From Candidatus Eiseniibacteriota bacterium (GTDB taxonomy: Bacteria; Eisenbacteria; RBG-16-71-46): a DNA stretch of 64,000 nucleotides. Below, in pieces: positions 34,958 through 43,310 of the stretch (its first letter is position 1; every line of letters begins with the position of its first letter). A model generated the notes under the pieces. It had not been told where the DNA came from. It saw nothing but the letters and a program-made list of their open reading frames with translations, and did no database searches. The stretch covers positions 1,632,001 through 1,696,000 of the forward strand of contig CAVSAC010000014.1 in the NCBI GenBank assembly GCA_963725865.1, given 5' to 3'. A program made the translations under genes and the position numbers.

Positions 34958-35759
34958 TCATTCAGCCGTCGCCGAGACGCAGCTCAACGCCGCATTCGCG
35001 GCGCTCGCCGATCCGACCCGGCGCGCGATGCTGGTGCGGCTCGCGCGTGTCGGCGCGACCGTCTCCGAGCTGGCGGCGCCGTTCGACATGTCGCTGCCGG
35101 CGGTCTCCAAGCACCTCAAGGTGCTGGAGTCCGCCGGCCTGATCGAGCGGCGCGTCGAGGGCCGCGTGCATCGCATCGGCATCGCGCCGGCTCCGCTGCA
35201 GACGGCGGAGCGCTGGCTGGCCGAGCACCGCGGTTTCTGGGAGCAGCGCCTGGACGCGCTCGCTCGCTACCTCGAGGGAGCGACACCCCGATCCGGAGGC
35301 ACCCGCATGGCGACGCCCGAAGTCCGTCCGGACACCACGCTCCGCCTCGAACGCACGATCGCGGCCCCGCGCGAAAAGGTCTTCGCGGCGTGGACGCAGG
35401 CCGAGACCCTAGTGCGCTGGTTCAACCCCGGCGAGGCGTACACCTGCTTCGTGCACGCGCTCGAGCCGCGCGTCGGTGGCGCGTACCGCATCGAGATGCG
35501 CCATTCCGGCGGCAACCAGCACTTCGTGGGCGGCGTGTACCGCGAGGTCACGTCGCCGTCGCGGCTGGTGTTCACGTGGGCCTGGGAGAAGAACCCCGAG
35601 CGCGGCGAGACGCTGGTCACCGTGGAGCTCCATGACGATGCCGGCCGCACCCGCCTGGTGCTCACCCACGAGCGATTCCCGAGCGCCGAGGTCCGCGACA
35701 GCCACACCATGGGCTGGACCGGCGGTCTCGATCACCTGGTGAAGATGTTCGCGGCGTGA
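34950..35759 (+). CDS. ArsR/SmtB regulator in frame with an SRPBCC (AHSA1) domain; internal SD and ATG at 35307
   Basis: FAALADPTRR...AVSKHLKVLE, then LERTIAAPREKVFAAWT...RLVFTWAWE. Confidence 0.88.
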   Translation: MVNHSAVAETQLNAAFAALADPTRRAMLVRLARVGATVSELAAPFDMSLPAVSKHLKVLESAGLIERRVEGRVHRIGIAPAPLQTAERWLAEHRGFWEQRLDALARYLEGATPRSGGTRMATPEVRPDTTLRLERTIAAPREKVFAAWTQAETLVRWFNPGEAYTCFVHALEPRVGGAYRIEMRHSGGNQHFVGGVYREVTSPSRLVFTWAWEKNPERGETLVTVELHDDAGRTRLVLTHERFPSAEVRDSHTMGWTGGLDHLVKMFAA

Positions 35760-35817
35760 CCGCGCTGGCAGCAGGAACGGCCGCACCGTTCAGGACCCCT
35801 CGCAGCAGGAGACGCAG

Positions 35818-36324
35818 ATGGCACAGCAGGCGATGACCGAGCGCGACATGTACCTGATGAACTTCGAGCGCGAGTACCAGACCACGCTCAAGTGTCTCAA
35901 GGCCTACCCGGCCGCGAAGTCCGAGCTGAAGCCCGCCGAGAAGTCGAAGAGCGCGCGCGAGCTGGGGTTCATGCTGGCGATGGGGCAGATGGTGGCGGGT
36001 GTGGTCGCGACGACGACCGAGATCCTGGCGGCCCCCGATGTGAAGGCTCCGGCCACGTGGGCCGAGGTGCTCGGCGCGTTCGAGCACGCGCACGCCGACT
36101 CGGTGGCCAAGCTCGAGAAGCTCAGCGAGGCCGAGTTCAACGCGCCGTTCAAGGTCGCCTCGGGGCCGGGCGGCCAGACCACGACGATGCGCCGCGCCGA
36201 CGCGCTGTGGTTCTTCGCCACGGACCAGGTGCACCACCGCGGGCAGTTCTCGGTCTACCTGCGCATCGCCGGCGGCAAGGTGCCGAGCATCTACGGACCG
36301 TCGGCCGACGAGCCGTGGTCGTGA
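35818..36324 (+). CDS. DinB-family protein (intact)
   Basis: HHRGQFSVYLRIAGGKVPSIYG motif; AGGAG SD. Confidence 0.9.
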   Translation: MAQQAMTERDMYLMNFEREYQTTLKCLKAYPAAKSELKPAEKSKSARELGFMLAMGQMVAGVVATTTEILAAPDVKAPATWAEVLGAFEHAHADSVAKLEKLSEAEFNAPFKVASGPGGQTTTMRRADALWFFATDQVHHRGQFSVYLRIAGGKVPSIYGPSADEPWS

Positions 36325-36345
36325 TCGCGCGCGACCGCTGAACGA

Positions 36346-36381
36346 GCGAGGGCCCGGGAGCGATCCCGGGCCCTTGGTGTC
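36346..36381. repeat. 36-bp direct repeat, copy 1 (contains terminator-like hairpin)
   Basis: GCGAGGGCCCGGGAGCGATCCCGGGCCCTTGGTGTC. Confidence 0.85.
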
Positions 36382-36821
36382 TACGGGCGCACGCGCCGAG
36401 GGACGGGCAGCGGCCGCGTCCCATCAGACTCGCTACTCCCGATCTCCTCGCTCGTTTGCACGCTGTCGAGCGCTGACCCGTGGGGCTTGTGGGCATTCCC
36501 ACTCGGGCGTAGCATCCGGTTCGCGTGCATTGAAGCGCTTCCCACCTGAATTCCCCCGCGCCGTTAGCCTTGGATCCCCCGCCATGAGTTGGCAGCGAGC
36601 CACGTCTCGTAGCCTCTGGGCAGGCCATGGCCGCATCACCCCGGGCACCACCTCAGCACCCCCTTCTCGGCGCTTCGTGGATCACGGACTTCCTGCGTCG
36701 CCTAGGCCTCATTGATGGCCTGTTGGCCGGCGCTGGCCGCACCGGCTTCGGCCGGACTCGGAGGGATCTCCGCCACGCGCCTCACGCGCTTCGCGCGGAG
36801 CCTCTGAAAGAGGGGTGTCGA

Positions 36822-39800
36822 ATGTCATCGTTCGCGTTGAGAGGGGTCGTATTCGCGATCCTGTGCCTGGCGATATCGGCAACGCCGGCGCTGGCCACCT
36901 GGACGGCGAGTGGGGTGCCGGTGGTGGTGGAGAGCGGGAGCCAGGATCAGACGGTCGCGGTGTCGGACGGACTGGGCGGGATGCTGGTGGCGTGGCGCGA
37001 CGCGCGCAGCGACGTCGGGGACATCTACGTGCAGCGCCTGAGTCCGGCGGGAGAGGCGCAGTGGACCGGCGATGGGATGGCGCTGTGCGTGGCGAGCGGA
37101 GCGCAGCTGCAGCCGGCGATGGTCTGCGACGGACGCGGCGGGGCGATCGTGGCCTGGCAGGACGAGCGCGCGGACGCCGGCGGCGACATCTACGCCCAGC
37201 GCATCGACGCCACCGGCGTGGTGCGCTGGAGCGCGGGGGGTGTGGCACTGGTGAGCGGGCCGTCGCGCAACAACTCGGGCAAGGTGGTGATCCGGATGGT
37301 GCCGGACGGGATCGGGGGCGCGGTGCTGGCGTTCTCGGACAACCGCAACGCCGACGGCAGCCTGGATCCGAGCTTCAGCAAGGTGTGGCTGCAGCGGGTG
37401 AGCGCCGACGGGGTGGCGCGCTGGGGCAACGGAGTGCCGGTGAGCACGGTGGTGTACGCGCATGGCGACCACGTGCTGGTGTCGGATGGTGCCGGCGGGG
37501 CGATCGTGGCGTGGATGGACGGGCGGGTGTTCGGCGACTACAACATCTCGGTGCAGCGGGTGGACTCGACGGGCACGCGGCGGTGGGGGGCGGACGGGGT
37601 GTACGCGTGCAGTGCGAGCGGCTGGCAGTGGTACCCGGCGATGGTGGGCGACGGCGCGGGCGGGGTGGTGGTGGCATGGACGGACCTGCGCAGCGATGCC
37701 AACGGGGACGTGTACGCGCAGCGGCTGGACGGCAACGGGACGCCGCAGTGGACGACGGACGGGGTGGCGCTGGTGACGGGGCCGTCGGGCAACAACTCGG
37801 GCGAGCGTCCGTGGGTGCAGATCGCGAGCGACGGGCTGGGGGGCGCGATCCTGTCGTTCCCGGACAACCGCAACGCGAACGGCACGCTGGACCCGAGCTT
37901 CAGCAAGGTGTGGCTGCAGCGGGTGAGTGGGGACGGGGTGCCGCTGTGGGGCAACGGGACGCCGGTGAGCACGGTGGTGTACGCGCACGGCGAGTCGCGG
38001 ATCGTGGCGGATGGGCGCGGGGGTGCGGTGGTGGCGTGGATGGATGGACGAAGGTTCGAGGGCTACAAGGTGTCGCTGCAGTGCGTGGACGCCGCGGGCA
38101 GCAAGCGTTGGGGAGCGGACGGGGTGTACGCGAACGACGCGACCGGCTACCAGTGGCAGAACATGCCGGAGCTGGTGAGCGACGGCCTCGGTGGCGGTCT
38201 CGTCATCTGGACGGACACCGCCTCCAACCCCGGCGATGTCTTTGCGCAGCGCGTGACGAAGGACGGCGTGGTGGCCCAGAGCACCACGTGCGCAACCTGG
38301 ACGGCGGCGGGGGTGCCGGTGGTGGTGGAGAGCGGGAGCCGGGATCAGACGGTCGCGGTGTCGGACGGACTGGGCGGGATGCTGGTGGCGTGGCGCGACG
38401 CGCGCAGCGACGTCGGGGACATCTACGTGCAGCGCCTGAGTCCGGCGGGAGAGGCGCAGTGGACCGGCGATGGGATGGCGCTGTGCGCGGCGAGCGGAGC
38501 GCAGCTGCAGCCGGCGATGGTCTGCGACGGACGCGGCGGGGCGATCGTGGCCTGGCAGGACGAGCGCGCGGACGCCGGCGGCGACATCTACGCCCAGCGC
38601 ATCGACGCCACCGGCGTGGTGCGCTGGAGCGCGGGGGGTGTGGCACTGGTGAGCGGGCCGTCGCGCAACAACTCGGGCAAGGTGGTGATCCGGATGGTGC
38701 CGGACGGGATCGGGGGCGCGGTGCTGGCGTTCTCGGACAACCGCAACGCCGACGGCAGCCTGGATCCGAGCTTCAGCAAGGTGTGGCTGCAGCGGGTGAG
38801 CGCCGACGGGGTGGCGCGCTGGGGCAACGGAGTGCCGGTGAGCACGGTGGTGTACGCGCATGGCGACCACGTGCTGGTGTCGGATGGTGCCGGCGGGGCG
38901 ATCGTGGCGTGGATGGACGGGCGGGTGTTCGGCGACTACAACATCTCGGTGCAGCGGGTGGACTCGACGGGCACGCGGCGGTGGGGGGCGGACGGGGTGT
39001 ACGCGTGCAGTGCGAGCGGCTGGCAGTGGTACCCGGCGATGGTGGGCGACGGCGCGGGCGGGGTGGTGGTGGCATGGACGGACCTGCGCAGCGATGCCAA
39101 CGGGGACGTGTACGCGCAGCGGCTGGACGGCAACGGGACGCCGCAGTGGACGACGGACGGGGTGGCGCTGGTGACGGGGCCGTCGGGCAACAACTCGGGC
39201 GAGCGTCCGTGGGTGCAGATCGCGAGCGACGGGCTGGGGGGCGCGATCCTGTCGTTCCCGGACAACCGCAACGCGAACGGCACGCTGGACCCGAGCTTCA
39301 GCAAGGTGTGGCTGCAGCGGGTGAGTGGGGACGGGGTGCCGCTGTGGGGCAACGGGACGCCGGTGAGCACGGTGGTGTACGCGCACGGCGAGTCGCGGAT
39401 CGTGGCGGATGGGCGCGGGGGTGCGGTGGTGGCGTGGATGGATGGACGAAGGTTCGAGGGCTACAAGGTGTCGCTGCAGTGCGTGGACGCCGCGGGCAGC
39501 AAGCGTTGGGGAGCGGACGGGGTGTACGCGAACGACGCGACCGGCTACCAGTGGCAGAACATGCCGGAGCTGGTGAGCGACGGCCTCGGTGGCGGTCTCG
39601 TCATCTGGACGGACACCGCCTCCGACCCCAGCGGTATCTATGCAGCTCGCGCCTGCGGGATCGACCCGGTGGCGGCGGTCGGCGAATCGCCGCTCCTGCC
39701 CGACGCGCTGCACCTCGGGGTACCGATGCCCAATCCGGCGTCGGACCGCATGACCTGCACGTTCGATCTGCCGCGTGCCTCCACGGTCATGCTCGAGATC

Positions 39801-39965
39801 ATCGACATCACGGGCCGCGTCTGTGCGCGGCTCGCGCAGGGCGAGTTCACGGCCGGACGTCACACGCTCTCGCTGCGCCCGCAGGGTCTGCGGAGTGGGT
39901 TCTACTATCTGAGGGTCCGGTCGTCCGTGGGCAGTGAGGCACGAGGGTTCGTGCTGCTCAAGTAG
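36822..39965 (+). CDS. Large secreted repeat protein with internal duplication and T9SS-type CTD
   Basis: Signal peptide, many DGxGGxxVAW repeats, C-terminal PNPASD...GFYYLRV. Confidence 0.88.
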   Translation: MSSFALRGVVFAILCLAISATPALATWTASGVPVVVESGSQDQTVAVSDGLGGMLVAWRDARSDVGDIYVQRLSPAGEAQWTGDGMALCVASGAQLQPAMVCDGRGGAIVAWQDERADAGGDIYAQRIDATGVVRWSAGGVALVSGPSRNNSGKVVIRMVPDGIGGAVLAFSDNRNADGSLDPSFSKVWLQRVSADGVARWGNGVPVSTVVYAHGDHVLVSDGAGGAIVAWMDGRVFGDYNISVQRVDSTGTRRWGADGVYACSASGWQWYPAMVGDGAGGVVVAWTDLRSDANGDVYAQRLDGNGTPQWTTDGVALVTGPSGNNSGERPWVQIASDGLGGAILSFPDNRNANGTLDPSFSKVWLQRVSGDGVPLWGNGTPVSTVVYAHGESRIVADGRGGAVVAWMDGRRFEGYKVSLQCVDAAGSKRWGADGVYANDATGYQWQNMPELVSDGLGGGLVIWTDTASNPGDVFAQRVTKDGVVAQSTTCATWTAAGVPVVVESGSRDQTVAVSDGLGGMLVAWRDARSDVGDIYVQRLSPAGEAQWTGDGMALCAASGAQLQPAMVCDGRGGAIVAWQDERADAGGDIYAQRIDATGVVRWSAGGVALVSGPSRNNSGKVVIRMVPDGIGGAVLAFSDNRNADGSLDPSFSKVWLQRVSADGVARWGNGVPVSTVVYAHGDHVLVSDGAGGAIVAWMDGRVFGDYNISVQRVDSTGTRRWGADGVYACSASGWQWYPAMVGDGAGGVVVAWTDLRSDANGDVYAQRLDGNGTPQWTTDGVALVTGPSGNNSGERPWVQIASDGLGGAILSFPDNRNANGTLDPSFSKVWLQRVSGDGVPLWGNGTPVSTVVYAHGESRIVADGRGGAVVAWMDGRRFEGYKVSLQCVDAAGSKRWGADGVYANDATGYQWQNMPELVSDGLGGGLVIWTDTASDPSGIYAARACGIDPVAAVGESPLLPDALHLGVPMPNPASDRMTCTFDLPRASTVMLEIIDITGRVCARLAQGEFTAGRHTLSLRPQGLRSGFYYLRVRSSVGSEARGFVLLK
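36897..39623 (+). repeat. Near-identical intragenic duplication (36897-38225 vs 38295-39623, offset 1,398 bp)
   Basis: Identical alternative-frame ORFs offset by 1398; five substituted bases seen by eye. Confidence 0.95.
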
Positions 39966-40027
39966 CACGCAACGATGAGCGCCGGGCGACAAGCCGTGAT
40001 CCACAGGCAAGTCGGCAACCGGTCGAC

Positions 40028-40063
40028 GCGAGGGCCCGGGAGCGCTCCCGGGCCCTTGGTGTC
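40028..40063. repeat. 36-bp direct repeat, copy 2
   Basis: GCGAGGGCCCGGGAGCGCTCCCGGGCCCTTGGTGTC, 35/36 identical to copy 1. Confidence 0.85.
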
Positions 40064-40865
40064 ACCCCCAGATGTCCGGCTCAGGTCGACGCCCTCGAGC
40101 GCCTCGCGCGCGATCGCGCGCGGGATCGCGAAGTGGCGCTCGATCACCTCGGGCAGCCGCTCGCGGTCCTCGATGCGCGTCGTGCGCGCGGTGGTGCCCG
40201 CCGACTCGATCAGCGTGAGGTTGTGGAGCACGACCGAGCGGCCCGGGAAAGAAGCGCACCGCCACCAGCGCGTTCATGAACGTCGCATCGTCGCGGAACG
40301 AGTCGGCGATCACCGCGGCGAACTCCTCGATGCGCCGCGGCTCGGGCTTCAGCAGGTAGCCGTGCTGGAGCACGCCGTCGCGGTACAGGTCGAGCCGCGA
40401 GCGCCCGGCCGCATCCTGCGGTCGCAGCACGTAGCGCTCGCGCCCCAGCTCGATCACGTGGTCGCGGTCGAGGTCGCGCGGCAGCGGCGCGAGGAACGGC
40501 GCGCCGTAGCCGCCGTCGACGATGTGCTCGTGCCCGTCCACCGTCACGATGCACGCGAGGTGGACGTCGGGCTTCGTCATGTCCGCGCCGCACAGCCGGA
40601 CGTCGTAGCCGAGCTCGGCGAGCAACCCGTGCAGGTGGAGGTTGTTCGGGTAGCAGGTGCCGCCGAAGTGGTGGCGCTCGACGCCGTCGAGATGGCGCTC
40701 GAGGTCGGGCAGCTCGCGCAGCCCGGCGCGGCGGCGGTGGAGCTTCGAGACGTTCTCGAACGGCACGCGCGTGAGCTGCGCCCGCACCAGCTCGTCCAGC
40801 GCGGCGAGCGAGGGCGCCCGCGCCGGGACACCGAGCAGGCGCAGGTAGCGCTCGCTGGAACTCAA
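40062..40865 (-). CDS. Arylamine N-acetyltransferase with two compensating indels (~40248 and ~40079)
   Basis: VPFENVS, GGTCYPNN, catalytic His (VHLAC) and VDGGYG; TTG start overlaps the upstream stop. Confidence 0.85.
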   Translation of the reverse strand: MSSSERYLRLLGVPARAPSLAALDELVRAQLTRVPFENVSKLHRRRAGLRELPDLERHLDGVERHHFGGTCYPNNLHLHGLLAELGYDVRLCGADMTKPDVHLACIVTVDGHEHIVDGGYGAPFLAPLPRDLDRDHVIELGRERYVLRPQDAAGRSRLDLYRDGVLQHGYLLKPEPRRIEEFAAVIADSFRDDATFMNALVAVRFFPGPLGRAPQPHADRVGGHHRAHDAHRGPRAAARGDRAPLRDPARDRARGARGRRPEPDIWG

Positions 40866-41608
40866 CGCATCGCCTTCGGCGCCGGCAGCGGTGGTCCCCA
40901 GCCTGCGCCCTTGCCGGCCCAGGTCTGCTTGGCGATCGGCAGGTGCGCGACCTCGTTGAACACCACCAGCCGGGTGCTGCCGTCCGGCTTGATGGTGATG
41001 ATCGTGAGTCCGCCATTGGCGATGTCCATGTAGGCCCACTGGCGCGGGTCGGCGCCGATCGCGCGGGTCACGAACCAGCGGATCACGTTGCCGTGGCAGA
41101 CGAGCACCTCGTGGGTGTCGCCGGCGGGCGCCGGACGCGCGTACTCGGCCCAGGCGGCCTCGAGCTGCGCCAGCGACGAGTCGGCTTCGCCCTGCGAGTG
41201 CTGGCGCAGGTCGGTGCGGCTCGCGGGCGGCTCGCACTCGTTGAGCAGCGAGTCGCGCTCGACCGCCACGCCCAGCACCGGCCCGATGATGTCGCCCGTC
41301 TCCATGGCGCGCGCGAACCGGCTGGTGCGCACCGCGGAGAAGTGGACGGGCAGCGACTTCAGCCGCCGCGCCACGAGCCGCGCCTGTTCGCGGCCGAGCG
41401 CGTCGAGGTGCTTGCCCACGCGCTCGTCGGCCGGGTCCTTGAAGTCGTAGTAGCCGTGGCGCACCAGGTACAGCGTGCGGGTGCCCGCGACCGCATGCGG
41501 CGGCGGGGTCTCGGGCGTGCGCTGGTCCGCGGCGCGGACCACCGCGGCGGGAGCGAGGGACAGAGCGGCGGTCACCACCAGGCTCAGCGATCCGATCCAG
41601 CGCTTCAT
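40862..41608 (-). CDS. Exported histidine phosphatase (PGAM5-like)
   Basis: LYLVRHG, SRFARAMETG, LVCHGNVIR; signal peptide. Confidence 0.88.
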   Translation of the reverse strand: MKRWIGSLSLVVTAALSLAPAAVVRAADQRTPETPPPHAVAGTRTLYLVRHGYYDFKDPADERVGKHLDALGREQARLVARRLKSLPVHFSAVRTSRFARAMETGDIIGPVLGVAVERDSLLNECEPPASRTDLRQHSQGEADSSLAQLEAAWAEYARPAPAGDTHEVLVCHGNVIRWFVTRAIGADPRQWAYMDIANGGLTIITIKPDGSTRLVVFNEVAHLPIAKQTWAGKGAGWGPPLPAPKAMR

Positions 41609-42621
41609 GTCGTCTCCCCGGAGTCGCTCTCGGACTCCTTCGTGGGTTCCACCGGCCGCACCAGGATCATCTTCTCGCGCTCGCACTGCGCCAGCCCGGC
41701 GGGCGACTTGCGCGGCTTGCGCACGTACTTCTTCAGCGTCCAGATCACCGGCACCTTGCCGGCAGTGCGCGCCTGCGAGAAGAACGCGGTCCACGACGCG
41801 ACCTCTGCGAGCGTCGCCTTGCTCGGCTCGTCCTTGCCCTTGCCGCGCCGCAGCACGACGTGGCTCCCGGGGCTGCCCTGGACGTGGAACCAGTAGTCCT
41901 CGGGCCGTGCCAGCGTGTGCGTCAGGTAGTCGTTGCCTTCGTTGTTGCGGCCGATCAGCACGTCCCAGCCCTCGCGCGTCCGATACCGCCGCGGCTGCAG
42001 CCGTGCGTTGGGCGCGCGCGCCGCGCCGCGCGCCACCGTCTCGGCGGTGACGCGCGCCGGCGCGCCGCCACCGCGCGGCGCGCGCGCGATGCCGGCGCGC
42101 AGCGCGGGGGGTAGCGCCGCGAGCGCCGCGTCGAGCTCCTCCACGATCGGGCCCTCGATCACCACCGGCTCGCCGATCGCCACCCGCGCCGCGGCCTCGC
42201 TGCGCGCGGTGTCGGCGCGCTCGAGCAGCCGCCGCAGCGCGTGCAGCTCCGACTCCAGCGCCGCGATGCGCGGCGGGATCTCGGCGAGCGCCCGCTCGCC
42301 CTTGGCGGCGCGCTTGAAGTAGCGGGCGGCGTTGACCTGCGGGCTCACCGCGGGATCGAGCACGATCTCGAACGCGTGGGTCTGCTCGGCCGGATCCGGC
42401 AGGGTCACCTTCGTCGCGCGGGCCGGCACCTGCCGCAGGTAGGCGAGCAGCGCCTCGGCGTGGCGGCGGTGGACCGGCGCGCGCTCGGCCTCGAGCAGGT
42501 CGCCACGCACGGCCTCGAGCTTGCGCGCCAGCTTGTCGCGCTGCTTCCTGAGCGCGCGGACGATCTCAGCCTGACGCGCGGCGGCGGACTGCTCGGGAGT
42601 GGGGGGGCGCGGGGGTTCCAT
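41605..42621 (-). CDS. NFACT-R domain protein (short RqcH/FbpA-like)
   Basis: NAARYFKRAAK coiled coil, IGRNNEGNDYLT, WFHVQGSPGSHVVL, KYVRKP. Confidence 0.85.
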   Translation of the reverse strand: MEPPRPPTPEQSAAARQAEIVRALRKQRDKLARKLEAVRGDLLEAERAPVHRRHAEALLAYLRQVPARATKVTLPDPAEQTHAFEIVLDPAVSPQVNAARYFKRAAKGERALAEIPPRIAALESELHALRRLLERADTARSEAAARVAIGEPVVIEGPIVEELDAALAALPPALRAGIARAPRGGGAPARVTAETVARGAARAPNARLQPRRYRTREGWDVLIGRNNEGNDYLTHTLARPEDYWFHVQGSPGSHVVLRRGKGKDEPSKATLAEVASWTAFFSQARTAGKVPVIWTLKKYVRKPRKSPAGLAQCEREKMILVRPVEPTKESESDSGETT

Positions 42622-42750
42622 GGCGCGCGGAAACTAACGTGCGAAGTCCCGCGCGGCAAAGGGCCCGGGCCCCAGAGCGCGGGAACCGCCCCGGGGCGAC
42701 CGGCATTGCAGGGAGTGATCGCGGGCCGCGGGGCCGCGCCCGAGTCGGGC

Positions 42751-42779
42751 TTGACGCTCGCGGATCGCGGCGCCACGCT
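42751..42779 (+). promoter_or_regulatory. Putative sigma70 promoter, leaderless
   Basis: TTGACG-N17-CACGCT with ATG 7 nt downstream and no SD. Confidence 0.5.
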
Positions 42780-42786
42780 GCGCGCC

Positions 42787-43164
42787 ATGAGTGCCTGCCA
42801 GTGCCATCAGTGCGGCGCCGCGGTGGAGGTGGACGAGCCGCTGGCGCGCGACGCCGAGTGCCCATCGTGCGGGCGCGACCTGCGCTGCTGCCTCAACTGC
42901 CGGCACCACGACCCGAACTACCACAACCAGTGCCGCGAGACCGAGGCCGATCAGGTCGAGGATCGCGACCGGCGGAACTTCTGCGAGTTCTTCTCGTTCA
43001 CCCGCGCGCCGTTCGCACCGTCCGCCGCGGGCGGCACGCGCGAGTCCGCGGCGCGCGCGAAGCTCGATGCGCTGTTCGGCGGCACGCCGAGCGCCTCGCC
43101 TTCGGGCACCGCGCGCGAAAAGCTCGAGTCGTTGTTCAAGAAGCCGAAGCCGGGCTCGGAGTAG
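42787..43164 (+). CDS. Cys-rich zinc-ribbon hypothetical protein
   Basis: CHQC, CPSC, CCLNC, NFCEFF. Confidence 0.8.
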   Translation: MSACQCHQCGAAVEVDEPLARDAECPSCGRDLRCCLNCRHHDPNYHNQCRETEADQVEDRDRRNFCEFFSFTRAPFAPSAAGGTRESAARAKLDALFGGTPSASPSGTAREKLESLFKKPKPGSE

Positions 43165-43257
43165 CCGCCTCCCAGTGCCCCGGTCGCTCCCGCGCCGACC
43201 CGCCTCGCGCCCGCGTCGATCGCGCACGGAACCGCGCTGAGCGCGCTCGTGCGCGCT

Positions 43258-43287
43258 TTGACGCCGCGCGGTCCACTGGGCTACCTT
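43258..43287 (+). promoter_or_regulatory. Putative sigma70 promoter of the yicC operon
   Basis: TTGACG-N18-TACCTT upstream of GGAGG SD. Confidence 0.5.
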
Positions 43288-43310
43288 CCGTCCTCCCACG
43301 GAGGTCCTGG

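Noticed and set aside
36897..39623. Duplication as a diversity-generating retroelement TR/VR pair
   Set aside because: Far too long, differences are not adenine-specific, and no reverse transcriptase is in the window
36346..40063. 36-bp palindromic repeat as a CRISPR repeat
   Set aside because: Only two copies 3.7 kb apart, no spacers, no cas genes
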